NCBI RefSeq assembly: GCF_964355755.1
Contig: NC_092674.1
Coordinates: forward strand, 8,308,001 to 8,372,000
Reading direction: 5' to 3'
DNA length: 64,000 nt
From: Antedon mediterranea
Taxonomy: Eukaryota > Animalia > Echinodermata
How positions within the stretch are numbered: the stretch's first letter is position 1; every line of letters starts with the position of its first letter. Below are positions 11,901-24,644 of the stretch, piece by piece. The translations under genes were made by a program, and so were the position numbers. Below the pieces are notes generated by a model. That model was not told the origin of the DNA, did no database searches, and worked only from the letters and a program-made list of their open reading frames with translations.

Positions 11901-14900
11901 ATACTAGGGCTTGAAAGAACCCTCTTTTATCTGAAGTGCCGTTTTCAAACTAGTGGCTAGCAGTGCTAGTAAATAGGCCTAACATGTTTCAATGTTATGG
12001 TCAATACTAACTAGCCAGCAGTCAAATTATATTCATCTAGTAGGCTAGGCCTAAATCTAAATTTTCTTCAGTTGCAATTAATTTTCCCTTTTCATGGAAA
12101 AAAATAACCCTTCTGTAAGCCAAAATTCTGGCTAGGGGCTTGTACTGTAGTTCAATCCTCTTGTGGCAGATTCAGGATCTGAGAAGGCATTATAGACTAG
12201 AGAATTCCAGATTCTTCTTTTCATTTTCTAGGGAAGAATATGAAAAGAAGCTCAGTGCAATGGAACAGGTCTACCGTGATGCGTATCAAAATTATGTGAG
12301 TTTTAAACCTAGTCTACTCTAGAAAACTTTTACTCAATTGTTTGTGTTCTCCAATTTGCAAACAAAGAAAGGTTTGCTTGTGTAGATTTCTGCAAACTTG
12401 TTTTCTACACTTTGCCAGAGTCAAGCAAACTTAGAAAAACTTTTCTTGACAAACTGTGAGTTTGCTTTAGTTTGAAAACAAACATTTGCTAGTGTAGACT
12501 TCTGCAAAGTTGTTTTCTGCAGTTTGTCAAATTGTCTGGCAAACTTTGGAAAAACTTTTCTTGACAACCTTTGAGTTTGATAACAAAAGATTACTACATT
12601 GCTAGTGGTTTTTGTTTAGTTTGGTTATTTGCCACCCAACAGCTGTGACATAAGGCAATAGATTCAGTTGTAGCAAATTCAATCAATTACTATTCAAAAC
12701 ATTTAAACTATGACAACTAGCTTTACCACCAAGTTGCATAAATCTAGTAGAAATTTGGTTGCCAATACCTGTGCTCTATAAAAAAAGTATTGTAATATAC
12801 AATCTAGCCTAATTTAGAATTAATTATTAAATACTATTAATATATATTATAATTATTATGTTATACTCACAGTCCCCCATGAGAAATTAAATTTCAATGA
12901 AAACCTCATAAAGTTATCATGTTTCCTTGAAAGTTATGAATTTTCTAATTTTTATGGTCACCAACGACTAGTTAAAATCAGTTTCCTTCCATTGTCGACA
13001 TACTGTAAGCGTTTCACTCACTGGTTTCGTTCAGTTTCTCGAAATTTCGACATAAGTGCTCTTGCGCAACTAGTTCGGTTGAGTTGCATTGAGTTCCGTG
13101 TGGACACAAGTTTACCTTAGTCTGTGAAGTGTGAATGTACTGTGTCAAATTGATAATTTCAAAGATAAATAAGCATGATACCTATATCGATAATTATGGA
13201 ATCATACAAGCCGTAGCATTGATGTGTAAAATACAATCGTTATAAAAACCATTTCCTGTGTGTACATAAATCCACTAAAGTCATTTTTTATTAATTTCAC
13301 AGAGAGAAGATTCATTAGCATTGGAGATTTCACAGATCTCAAAAACCAAAGATAATTTGTCTGAGAAAAGTATGTATATTTTAAAATTTTATATAGGAAC
13401 ATTGCTGATTGGTTAAAAATAATGTATTGCTCATGGCTTAGTCAATTCAATCAATCTTGTTTTACAAAACAATTGTTTAAAAGAAATATTTTAAAATAAA
13501 TATTACAAATTTAATATTGTTAAATGTGGAAATGAAGTGCAGTTGGTTAATGAAAACCCATCTTGAAAAGAAGTAACGTTTATCGTGGACTTGGAAAGTA
13601 GGGCTAATGTATGCACATTCAATTGATAATTTGTTTTTATAATAAAATGATTTAAGCCGTTTGTTTTTACTAGCAATTCTAAATACATTTTCATCCTTTA
13701 TTTTTATCATACAAAGAAATAGTGCCTTTTCTAATGCATTGTAAGGGAAACTGTATTCTGTCTTAGAATTAATGACAAATTAGTATTTGAATGCCATTGG
13801 TCATTTTCATTGAAATCTATTTATCTGACTAGACTAATTAGTTACGCCAAGCTGTTTTCACTGTGCTTCGATTCAGTTTAATTTGTCAATAATAAAGATA
13901 TGAATCAATTTTATTCAAACCCACTCACAAAAGTAATAGCTACTCTCATCAGATAGGAAATATTGATATTGGATTTTAAAATGAAGAATATTGTATAGAA
14001 ATAAATGAATGTGTTGAAATATGGAGAATATTTTCACAAGTTGTTGTTCTATGAGACGAAACAAAGAAAATATTCTCTCCATTAAACAAAAAATTAAAAA
14101 AAAACATTCATACAGTTTTGATTAAACAGTCACCGGCCGCGCGTAGCAAAAATGTATAGAAATATTCACTAAAAGCTGTCATGTAATAGAACCATTAAAT
14201 AAAACGTTTATCGCGCAATAGAATAAATACCTTGAGACTGACTGGCATTGAAACCATACGAATGACAAGTATTCACTTGAGTATGTTATATAACACCTAA
14301 ATAAATTCCTGTCATTTGATTGGACGATTGTGGGTCACGTGGCGTGCAATAATATGCACTATTAAACGATCGTACTTTTTGAACATTTTTGTGTGCGTTA
14401 AGTATTGTTAATTCTGTATATGATAATGATTTTAAATGGATAAATATGATGTTACAAGTTGGATGAATAACCAAATGCATTGATCATCTCAACACGTTCA
14501 ATACATACTATTACAAGGTCATTTATGATTCACTGTCAACTATTACTAATGAATGAAATTTCTAACAAATGCTATTATATACAGATCCAATCTGGGACCC
14601 GTGGAATGCCTAGTATAGGTGTGACGCGGTTGATTGATTACACTATGCAATATATAGTGTAGAGGTGAAACAGAAACTTGAGCTGTAAACTAAATTAAAA
14701 GACTCATTAATGAAACATTGGTTGATAGTAACACACATTTTATTAGTTTATATGACTAATATCAGTTGGTGAAAAGTGTAAAATATATTATTTGCAATCA
14801 TACACAATTAAAATCATCTTCAGAAATGCCCTGTACGTGAACTCTGAGCCAAGCATGTGTATGTATGCATGAAGTTAAATACAGTTGGATCTTAAAAGAA

Positions 14901-17900
14901 TCATAAAGCTCTGTGTCTACACTATCAAACTATTGAACAAATGACAAAAAATGTTGTGTGCCCATTATTATATGGACATGATGATGTCATATCACTATCA
15001 TATTTGGGGATATCACTACCATATTTGGGGGATATCACTACCATATTTGGGCACATCACACTTTGTCAAACTAGGTTGATAGTGTAGACAGTGCTTAACA
15101 CTTCAAAGTGTTATTGGTACAGTAGGCCTATGATATAACTACTATTTGATGTTGCTAATGTAAAAAATGTTCAGTTTAATAAACTGGAAATAACAATTTT
15201 TAGTAGATATTCTGGGAAACAAGAAAAAACAAAGTACAACTACAGTATAAACTACTATTTTACATAAGTTTTCCAGAATAGTATCTTCGCATACTTAACC
15301 AATATGTCAAATACTAAATACCATGTTTATTATTACTAGTTGCATAGTATCACCATAAGCTGTAATTACCAAAGGATATTACCCTAGATCACTTTATAAT
15401 AGAAACACATGCTTTCCCTAAGGAAAAATCCTATAATCTACATGCTTTAAATTGGTGTACTGATACTTAGACATTCTAGGGAACAATTTATATGAGTACG
15501 TATAAAGATGTGAATAACAAGACTTTGCCTACGGGAAAAATCAGCAGTGTAGGTTGTACTGGGTGAATAGGTTGGGAAAACCTTCCAGTCATGTACTTCT
15601 GGATAAACAAAGTACTTTCCAAATGTGCATCATGCATGTACAATCTTCAAGGTTACAGATACATCATATTTATACACAAGTTCATGCACATTAATAATCT
15701 ACACTCAGTTCACCCACCTTTCGTTTTATTACTCACGGAATACCGTATGCGGTGATAAAGGAACTACGAATGAAGTAGTAAAAATGAAAATGTGTTGTGA
15801 GCAATAAAATGAAACCAACCAGAAATCAGACTGTGAATGTTTACAGATTCCGTTGGTATTAGCAATCGTAAGAAAGAGAGTTCAGAGACTACATTGTGAT
15901 ACGTGAATAAATTTGATGATGAACATAAAGACGAGTGAACCAGAATTTAAGAAGATATGAAGCCGTCTTGGGTATGCTTCATGTCAAAAAATAGAATCAT
16001 AAAATGATCTATGAATTTGAAATTTATGATTTTGTTTATTAGAATGAAGAGACTACTTCTCAACTTCTTGTTTGAAAACTTTCAATAAGTTACAGAACTA
16101 TTAACTATAATTATTCCATAATAACTTGTATACATTAGTATTATAGTATTTTAATATTTTTATGTTATATATTATTATTTTATAGTAAATTAATTAATGT
16201 TCAATGACCCACAGAGAGCTGTGAACTCGGTGCATTTGTTGAAAAACAAAGCTATTATATTAAAGTGTATTGCAATATTAATGCAATGAATTGATCACAG
16301 TCATGGAAATCGCAGCAAAACACAACATTCATCTTTTCTTTACAGTGATTTTTTTTCTTTTTTCAGTAAAACTTTTTTTTTCTTTGTAGTTGGTCAAAGT
16401 GATACAGAAATGGACAAATTAAGAAAGTTAATTGAGGGACTAAGTTTGAAGGAGGATGAAATTATTGACCAAGATGACATTGATGAACAAAAACAGATCC
16501 TTTTACAGTAAGTTCTTACACATAGAGTAGTCCACACATAATACAGTAGAACGCCTCCTTTGAGACATCCCTATTCAGGGATACCTCTCTGTTCCCATAA
16601 TACAAACAAGTCACAATACTGTATATGTTTTAACACTATGGCCGTCCTCTATTTGAGGTACACTTTTTTGCCTCTGAAGTTTCTACTGTATCCAAATACT
16701 TTTAAATTCTGCCGTTTAATGTCATCACAGGATCCAATAATTATTGATAATCTATCTAAATATATTTATCATGCTTATAAGTTAAGATATATGTTTTGCT
16801 TAGAGAACGAAATTAATTAATTCATTTATCTTGTGACCATAAATTGCTTTATTTTTCAATGTAATTATTATTTTGTTAATTACTAGGGGCCAGAGGCCTA
16901 AAGTAAATAAAGTCAGGCGATAAGCCTGAATGAATTGAATTGTATATATGATTCAGCCATAACTTCTTGATCCATTCTATCAACTTGAGCTACAGAGGCT
17001 TGGATTGGAATATAAGGCCCTGTACAGTACTGTAAGTGATAAATGGAGCATATGGAGGGATCAGAGGGTCTTTTTAATGGAGAAGGGAATAACATTTTCG
17101 GTAGGAATTTAAAAAGCTGATACAGTATTTAGTTAGCTCAGTCCCACAGTTCCATGTTGTGCTGTTGGGTGGTGAAGTAACAACATTTTGTGCAAAGTTA
17201 ATTTAAGGGAAATTCTTTTTTAGCCTTCAAAGGTGTATTGAACTTATTTCCTTATCTCAAAATTGCTTGTGTATCTTTTTTTAGCAATATGAAATCCTAA
17301 TTAATTATATAGTACAGTACAACAAACTGATAATAACCATACTACCACTAGATTATTTCTCAGAACCTTATGTACAGCAGCACCTGAAGAATGAAGATAG
17401 ATTTTATCACCTTCATAGTCTAGTGTGCAATAAAATATTGAAATCTTAACACAAGTCATTTATTTATGTGTCTAGATGTTTTATTGTATAATTTATCTAT
17501 CTAGATGTTTTACTATATATTTATTTTATTATTTTATTTTATTCAGTTGACAACCAACAGCGATGAAACCGCCACTAACAGGTTGAATCTAAACATAATA
17601 AACTATAATAATATATTCAAATAAGCAAAAATAACATAAACAAAGATTGGAACATTATAGAGATTTAACAATTTATATATTCATTTATATTTTATTTTCT
17701 AATAGTTCAATGTTCCAGGCTAATTTAAAATCAAAGAACGAAGAATTGGTGAAAATCCAACAAAACAGACTCAAGATAGAGCAAGAGCTTACACAGTAGG
17801 TTAAACTTAAGCAGTTTCTATGGCGCTAGTTGCCATAGCTATGTAACAACTGAAAAAAAACCCTAGATGAATTATCTGCCTCATTTATGTTTTGATTCAA

Positions 17901-18815
17901 GCTATAATTTATTTTCCAAACATGATGAAGTGCTCTGCATTTTAATGAAATCTCTTCTATAAATATAATTTCCGAAAATGACTCGTATGCATCATCTGTT
18001 TTTGAATTAACATTAATTGTATATATTTTTGTCTTGAGAAATTTATTGGCACATAATTTTAATTTTATGAGGTTACAAAAGTGGATTAAAGCGAATAGTA
18101 GAAGCTACGGAATGTTTTGACATTCCATTGAATTCAACATTGTATTATTTTCATTGTATATTATATTACTAATTAGAATTATGGATATAATAAAGTAGTG
18201 TACTTGTAATATGTTGTATTAGAAATATAAAACACATTCCTTTGTGGTAAATATTTGAAGAATTTCATCTGGTTAAAAAGACAATTAAGAATGCTCTTAT
18301 TTCGTACTACCAAATCTACATTATACAGTATTTTGAGATAAATGTATTCTTCATCAACAATGCTATTTAGAATTGTTATGATATTAGTGGTTCATACTTA
18401 GTATTATTTGCTGAAATAAAAAAATGTTTGGCCTTGCTTCTTTTCCCAAATACTATTATTAAGCTTCTATATTTGTCTTTGCTGTATAGCTTTTATATAT
18501 TAAACTACTTTTCTTTTCTTTTTTCACTAATTTTGGAGTAGGGTTGACAATTTTCCTTGCTATATTTTAGCTTTGATATGTTTTAAGCTACCTTTATCTA
18601 TTTGTTTATCCAATATTTATTTTCAGGTTATCTGAATCGAAGTACCTGAGAGTGATTGCATTTATTTGCAGATAACTGAAATAAAAACCAAACATATATC
18701 GATCAATCAATATTAATAGGTTTGTTTTTTGGTTTTTTTTAGGTTATCTGAATGGAAACCCCCTAGTGACCTCATGTTTGTCTTGAAGGAAGATCAACCA
18801 TCACTACAAGTTTAA
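8946..18815 (+). CDS. SYCE1: Synaptonemal complex central element protein 1-like coiled-coil protein (~247 aa)
   Basis: Phase-consistent GT-AG exons: 8946-9009 (alternative ATG 8931), 9833-9907, 10292-10394, 11700-11789, 12232-12295, 13303-13369, 16390-16507, 17706-17795 and 18743-18815 (alternative last exon 18627-18675). The translation KLDVIYNSIKDSQAEKTQNEERLAEARKTRLNLEHQFESVASKHTQLLEIHNQMQKT...IEKEQNSQQFQREEYEKKL...REDSLALEISQISKTKDNL aligns without gaps to human SYCE1 as recalled ([57 protein letters not shown]...IEEEKNKQRQLRLAFEEQL...MPERLAKEICALDSSKEQL). Confidence 0.78.
14907..15095. mobile_element. PIF/Harbinger-like MITE, monomeric copy
   Basis: TIR agctctg(tg)tctacactatcaa / ttgatagtgtagacagtgct with TAA on both sides. 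Contains internal atcactaccatatttggg repeats. Confidence 0.75.
16544..16688. mobile_element. Tc1/mariner (pogo-type) MITE
   Basis: TA-cagtagaa ... ttctactg-TA ends. Confidence 0.6.
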
Positions 18816-20059
18816 CTACAAGCTAAGCCAAAAGGTTTCAAAATTGACAAACCGGCTCAAGATTGATGTATTTATGATGACGATTTTTAGTCTCTCTTTA
18901 TAATTTTATTGTGTGAATTTCAATTTAACTTCTTTTTATATTGCTAATAATGTCTGAATTGGTGCAATATGTTTTAGAAATTTGTAAATTTTATTTATTT
19001 TAAATTAACTATTTGTGCAATTTTGCGTCAAAGTAACTGATGAGTCTGCAAACTAAGGTCGACGTTTATAAGGTTTTGAAGACTTCTTTCAAAACTAAAC
19101 AATCTGTAGTATTCGACTGTAGTTGTTCAGTATTTGAAAAGCATTATTTTCATGTTATTTTAGTTGTATATTTAATGTAAATATTAAAAAAAAAATGATT
19201 TATAATATTGTATTATTTTTTAAAACTAAAATAGACCTATACTACGAATATAATTAAAAATGTTAAAATATTGAGATTGAAGATGAAAAAATTGATTGTT
19301 GACATTTTGCTTATTAATATTATGCTATCATTTTGCATTTCAAAAAATCACATAGAACAATATACTTGACCTTGTTGTACATAAGGTCAAATCGAGTTAT
19401 AAACGAGGTGGCTATAGATTAAAAGTCTTGTTTGATGGATTGAGATGTGTTTTTTATTAAAGCTGTATACCTTTCATTAATTGAACATTCTATACCTCAA
19501 TAAATCTCATGTCGTTTAAATTTCGTGCCTATCATTTAATTGCTGGATCGATATCTGAATTCAATACACCTTTATTGAACGCTTGCGTAACCTTTGAACT
19601 TTGTTAAACGATTTAGGCTTCTAATTCGATTATCTCGAATTATCGGTCTATTTGAAGTAGGCTACTCGTTGCGTATTAAACGTTATTTACGTTTTCTTAT
19701 CTTGCGAAAACCGTACTTGATATGTTTAATTGATGTTGTGTTATGTATCGTATACAGAATTTGCTTTTAAAGTGTAGATATGATAAAGTTGATTTTATCT
19801 TTGAATGCTCCAGGATAGAAAACAATAATATTGTATCATATGCATAAACTCTTTGATATGGCTATATTCAGTAAACATTTAAATGGATAAACATAAGATA
19901 ATATATAGATGTAAATTTACACAAGCATACCCATCAAATTATAAACAAATTAAACAATAATGGAGTTAAAGCAAAGTCAGATGATTTTCCTTACTCTGAC
20001 GTAATTGTACCGAATGTTTGGTACATTGTGCGAACAGCGTGCAAAAAAATTCACAAATA

Positions 20060-20118
20060 ATTCGCGAACCCACGACCTCCAGATCACTAGCCTGATCATA
20101 TGCTTCTAGACCACAAAA
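20060..20118 (-). mobile_element. tRNA-derived SINE head fragment
   Basis: The minus strand reads gtggtctaga...ggaggtcgtgggttcgcgaa, with A-box-like and B-box-like motifs but no cloverleaf. Confidence 0.4.
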
Positions 20119-20426
20119 CTAGAGCTCGATTTGAACCTGGGGGAGCAGCGGATACGTTTAAATACGAAGCTAGTTATTCATCATTTTTCCAGTTAAAAGT
20201 GGCCAATGAATTCTTGTAATTTTCTTTCAATGAATCGTTTAGTCCCAGTTTTATTTAGATTACCTTGCATTCGTTTTAATTAACAATTTCCTATTGGTAA
20301 TTCCTTAACCGATCTTATATTCCTTATATCTCAACAAAATAATATTTTCACCTTGATCAACATAAGTAGGTCTACTATTATGTTCCTTGCGTAATTGTTA
20401 AATTACCTTGCCTGTCTTCAATCGAT

Positions 20427-21130
20427 CTTTAAATCCTATCTAAACTAAATATTTCATCTTCTGTACAACATTGAGATTATCTATATTATCCGTGGATTAC
20501 CTGTGTATTTATGTTTTAATTAATCAATACTCTGTAGATAACCTCTAATCCACTAAACATCTTATGTTTCATACGCTGTCCTTTTTTGATCTTCTATAGA
20601 TTGTCTGTTATTCCATTCAATTGATCATATTTATAAATAATCTTTAAATCCTAACTAAACTAAACATTCCATCTTCAACAACATTAAGATCTGTATTATC
20701 GGTGGATTACCTATATTATAATTATTTATGTTTTAATTAGTCAATAGGCCCTACTCTCATGTAGATAACCTAAACATCCTATGTTTCAAACGCTCTCTCT
20801 TTCTTATCTTCTATAGATTGCCGGTTATTCCATTCACTTGATCCTATTTATAATAATCTTTAAATCCTACCTAAACTAAACATTCTATCTTCAACAACAT
20901 TGAGATTATCTGGATTATCCGCTAAACGTCTTATATCGTTTCATACGTCCTTTTTGGATCTTCATTGCCTGTATTACATTCAATTGATCCTTTATAAATA
21001 ATCTCTAAATCCTAACATTCAATCGATCCCCTATTTAATCTTCAACAACATTGAGATTATCCGTGGACTACTATGTATTTATTGTTTAATTAGTCATTGC
21101 TCTGCTGTACATAATCACTAAATCCAAGAA
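20427..21130. repeat. Degenerate tandem repeat, ~215-bp unit, 3-4 copies
   Basis: tctttaaatcctanctaaactaaa...caacattgagattatc...cgtggattacc recurs near 20427, 20641, 20857 and (partially) 21002. Confidence 0.75.
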
Positions 21131-22841
21131 ACATCTGTTTTTTTAGCAGTTAATCACTAGAATTATCAATGGTACAGTATTTCATTTCCAATGGCTCTAT
21201 ATAAACTAAACGTCTTTAGTAAACACTGGGTTATACATGAAGTAATGACATAGACAAATAAATGTAGTTTATTTCACCATGGTATTAAAACAGGTTAACA
21301 ATACTGAGAAATATTAATCATTACGATGTCGGCCTACGATATTTTGATCGTTTTCTAAACCCGATCTTGTTTTACTTGACAGTCAACGTTGTATAAACGA
21401 AGCATCTTTAAAGTTTATTGAAAGTGGATGAACTTTGTAACTGATAAACACTGATGGAGAATTCGTAGATAATCTCTGAATAATCTTACAAGTTAGATAG
21501 GATTATTACTACGAATAATCTAGATTGAATTCCAAAGTAATAATGATGTGTATTTGGTTTTGAAGTGTACTTTCCTATTTCTGTTCCACAATATCAAGAG
21601 GGAGGCTAAATATTACCGTACTAAAAATGGTTTTGTTAATCGTTTGCCTAAGTTATACCACTCACTATGTAAAGTTGATGGATCTGTTGAAATTTCTTTA
21701 TTCACTTGCTTGTTTCCGTCACAAGGTTTTGTCTAATGTCAGTAATATTTAAATGTTGTCTTGTTATCTGTTGATTTTTGCTTGTATATATTATATTATA
21801 TTTTATAACTTTCAACCATGTTAATGGTGACGTTTGGTCACTGTAGGGTGATGATGAAATAAAATTTTTAAAAAATACCATAAATGATTCGTAAATATTA
21901 GTTCCTAATTTCTTCGTAATTGAATTACTTCAACTAAAGATGAACTATATTTTATCGAACTATTTAAAACAAGATTGGATGTTTTGAAGATTAATATTTT
22001 AATAAGCAAATTAAATCCCGTTACTGAGCCATGTTTTGAGGCAGAACATACACTGATGATAGGCCTAAGTATGTATAAGAGGTATTTCCTATCATTTTCA
22101 TATCATATGTTAGTTGACCATTCTCACCTCGAATCGATGCAGTCCAATGTGTAAAACACACAAACAAAAAAGAGAGAGAGGAAAATGTTGAAAAAGAAAA
22201 AAAGACCTTTAAATAATGTTTTAAAAATAACGAAACTGCAATATTTATAAGAAGCAACCATTAGAATTTCTTTAAATCGTATTATTCTTTCTACACCTTC
22301 AAACTTTATGTGCCCATTATTATATGGACATGATTCCTGATGATGATGTCATATCACTACTACTGTATATTTGGGTATATCCACGTATGTTTCCACGTAT
22401 TAACTATGTGAAAGTGAACTATTTAAATGTACTTAGCTAAATCAGTTCATGATTCCCTGTGTTGGATTAACGCCGACTGTTTTCAGACTATTAATACTTA
22501 ATTATTCTCCGCGTACAACCAATGTATCTATGACAATTCTCAACACATTGTTAACTCTTAGTTCTACATTCTTGTCATGGTAACACATGGATCCATCAAT
22601 TTGTTTTGTGATTTGAAATTGCAAAGTGTTCCAGAAAGTATTGCTCAGGAAAATTGTCTCGGATAGATGCAAAAGATCAAACTTAAAATGGAATTGTTCT
22701 TCATCAGAAAAAAATACATCTATTGCATGTCCTAAATAATATACGTACAGTATAGTGGGCCTGTATTAGTTTAAATACTTTGTTGTAGGACTTTGTCTTA
22801 TTTAAATACAGTAGAACTTTTCCACTAATCTAAATTCATCT

Positions 22842-23004
22842 ATCACAGTAGCAGGAGGAACCCTCACCCCAGCCGCAGAGGATCACAGTAGCAGGAGGAA
22901 CCCCCACCCCAGCCGCAGAGGATCACAGTAGCAGGAGGAACCCCCACCCCAGCAGCCGCAGAGGATCACAGTAGCAGGAGGAACCCCCACCCCAGCCGCA
23001 GAGG
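22842..23004. repeat. GC-rich 40-bp minisatellite, 4 copies
   Basis: atcacagtagcaggaggaacccccaccccagccgcagagg x4, near identical. One copy has a 3-bp insertion. Confidence 0.95.
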
Positions 23005-23962
23005 ATTAAAAACCCAATGGAAATAAGTTTGTTTTTGGTTAAACTTTCTTGGGTTATTCTTAGTTAATTCAGTTAATATTTTCTCGTACCCGTTTTAATG
23101 CATGCTCCTGTTTATAATTGATTGATTTGAAATAAAAAATGAAGACGCCAGAAAGATGAGCATGGGTGGATATATCATCATAAAACTAGATTATAAAAAT
23201 GCATTTATGGACCACATATATTTAAGAAACCATCCAATTCTCTGTACTGTATTTCTATATCATAATGTCATAGGAAAATTATGTAATACAGTATCACATG
23301 TGTATCACATGTGTATCTGTGCATACAGTAAGAACAAAGTAAGCATAGACAACAACATTATTCTTTTATCTCACAATATATTTACACAATTAAAACGAGT
23401 GACATTTACAATACAGATTATTGGTGTACTAAACTGTATACATATTCAATAAATTGTTTGTTAAACTTTACTCAAAAATTATTATTTTAGTATACATTTA
23501 GACATATTTGGCTTTAGGTGGAGAGAGATAATATACCACATATTAGTTTAAAGGTTAAAGTCAAACGATTTTGGTTAAGGCATGTTGATGAAGACATCTC
23601 ATAAGGCTTCTACAATCAGTAGAAGTGGAGTCTATTTATAAAGTCAAAAATATGTTTGACAAATGAAATTAAGCTATAAAATATCTTGTGAAATAAAGAA
23701 GTGAAATATATATTATTATTTGGTTCAACACTGGTGCAAGACAAATTTTTTTGGAGTAGTGTATGGAGCAAGCCTAATCATGGTACAGTACAAAATATCT
23801 TTTCTTTAACTGTTAAACTTGTTCAAACTACCATAAACATTTAATATTGAATAGTGTCTAATTAGTAATAAATAAAAGCTTTTAGAAAACCATGTGAACA
23901 CAGTCTTAATAAAGACATTGATTGTTAAGTTTTGTGTATAAATCCTTACCCTAGTTAGCTAA

Positions 23963-24644
23963 AGCTCTTTCTACACTATCATACTTTATGTGACGACAAA
24001 AACATGTGATGTGCCCATAATAATGGACATGATGATGTCATATCACTACCATATTTGGGCACATCACTACCATATTTGTACACTTATTTGTCAAACTAGT
24101 CTGATAGTGTAGACAGAGCTTTATAATAATGGACATGATGATGTCATATCACTACCATATTTGGGCACATCACTACCATATTTGGGCACATCACTACCAT
24201 ATTTGGGCACATCACTACCATATTTGGGCACTTATTTGTCAAACTAGTCTGATAGTGTAGACAGCTTTATAATAATGGACATGATGTCATATCACTACCA
24301 TATTTGGGCACATCACTACCATATTTGGGCACATCACTACCATATTTGGGCACTTATTTGTCAAACTAGTCTGATAGTGTAGACAGAGCTTTATAATAAT
24401 GGACATGATGATGTCATATCACTACCATATTTGGGCACATCACTACCATAGTTGGGCACATCACTACCATATTTGGGCACTTATTTGTCAAACTAGTCTG
24501 ATAGTGTAGACAGAGCTTTATAATAATGGACATGATGATGTCATCACTACCATATTTGGGCACATCACTACCATATTTGGGCACATCACTACCATATTTG
24601 GGCACATCACTACCATATTTGGGCACTTATTTGTAGACAGAGCT
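23963..24644. repeat. Harbinger-like MITE expanded into a higher-order tandem array
   Basis: One left TIR, then five units of [taatggacatgatgatgtcat + (atcactaccatatttgggcac)x2-4 + ttatttgtcaaactagtctgatagtgtagacagagct]. Flanked by TAA/TTA. Confidence 0.9.

Noticed and set aside
16043-16090. Candidate SYCE1 exon NEETTSQLLV
   Set aside because: It has an in-frame TGA and a poor donor. Exon 13303-13369 fits both phase and homology.
19030-19070. Hammerhead ribozyme-like CTGATGA-GTC...GAC
   Set aside because: The required GAAA after stem II is GTTT, and I found no convincing stems I and III. CTGATGAG at 60283/60361 and CTGAAGAG at 55522 also lack a proper stem II plus GAAA.
24414-24626. ORF with PKYGSDV repeats
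   Set aside because: It is a translation of the 21-bp MITE internal repeat, with no sign of a gene.
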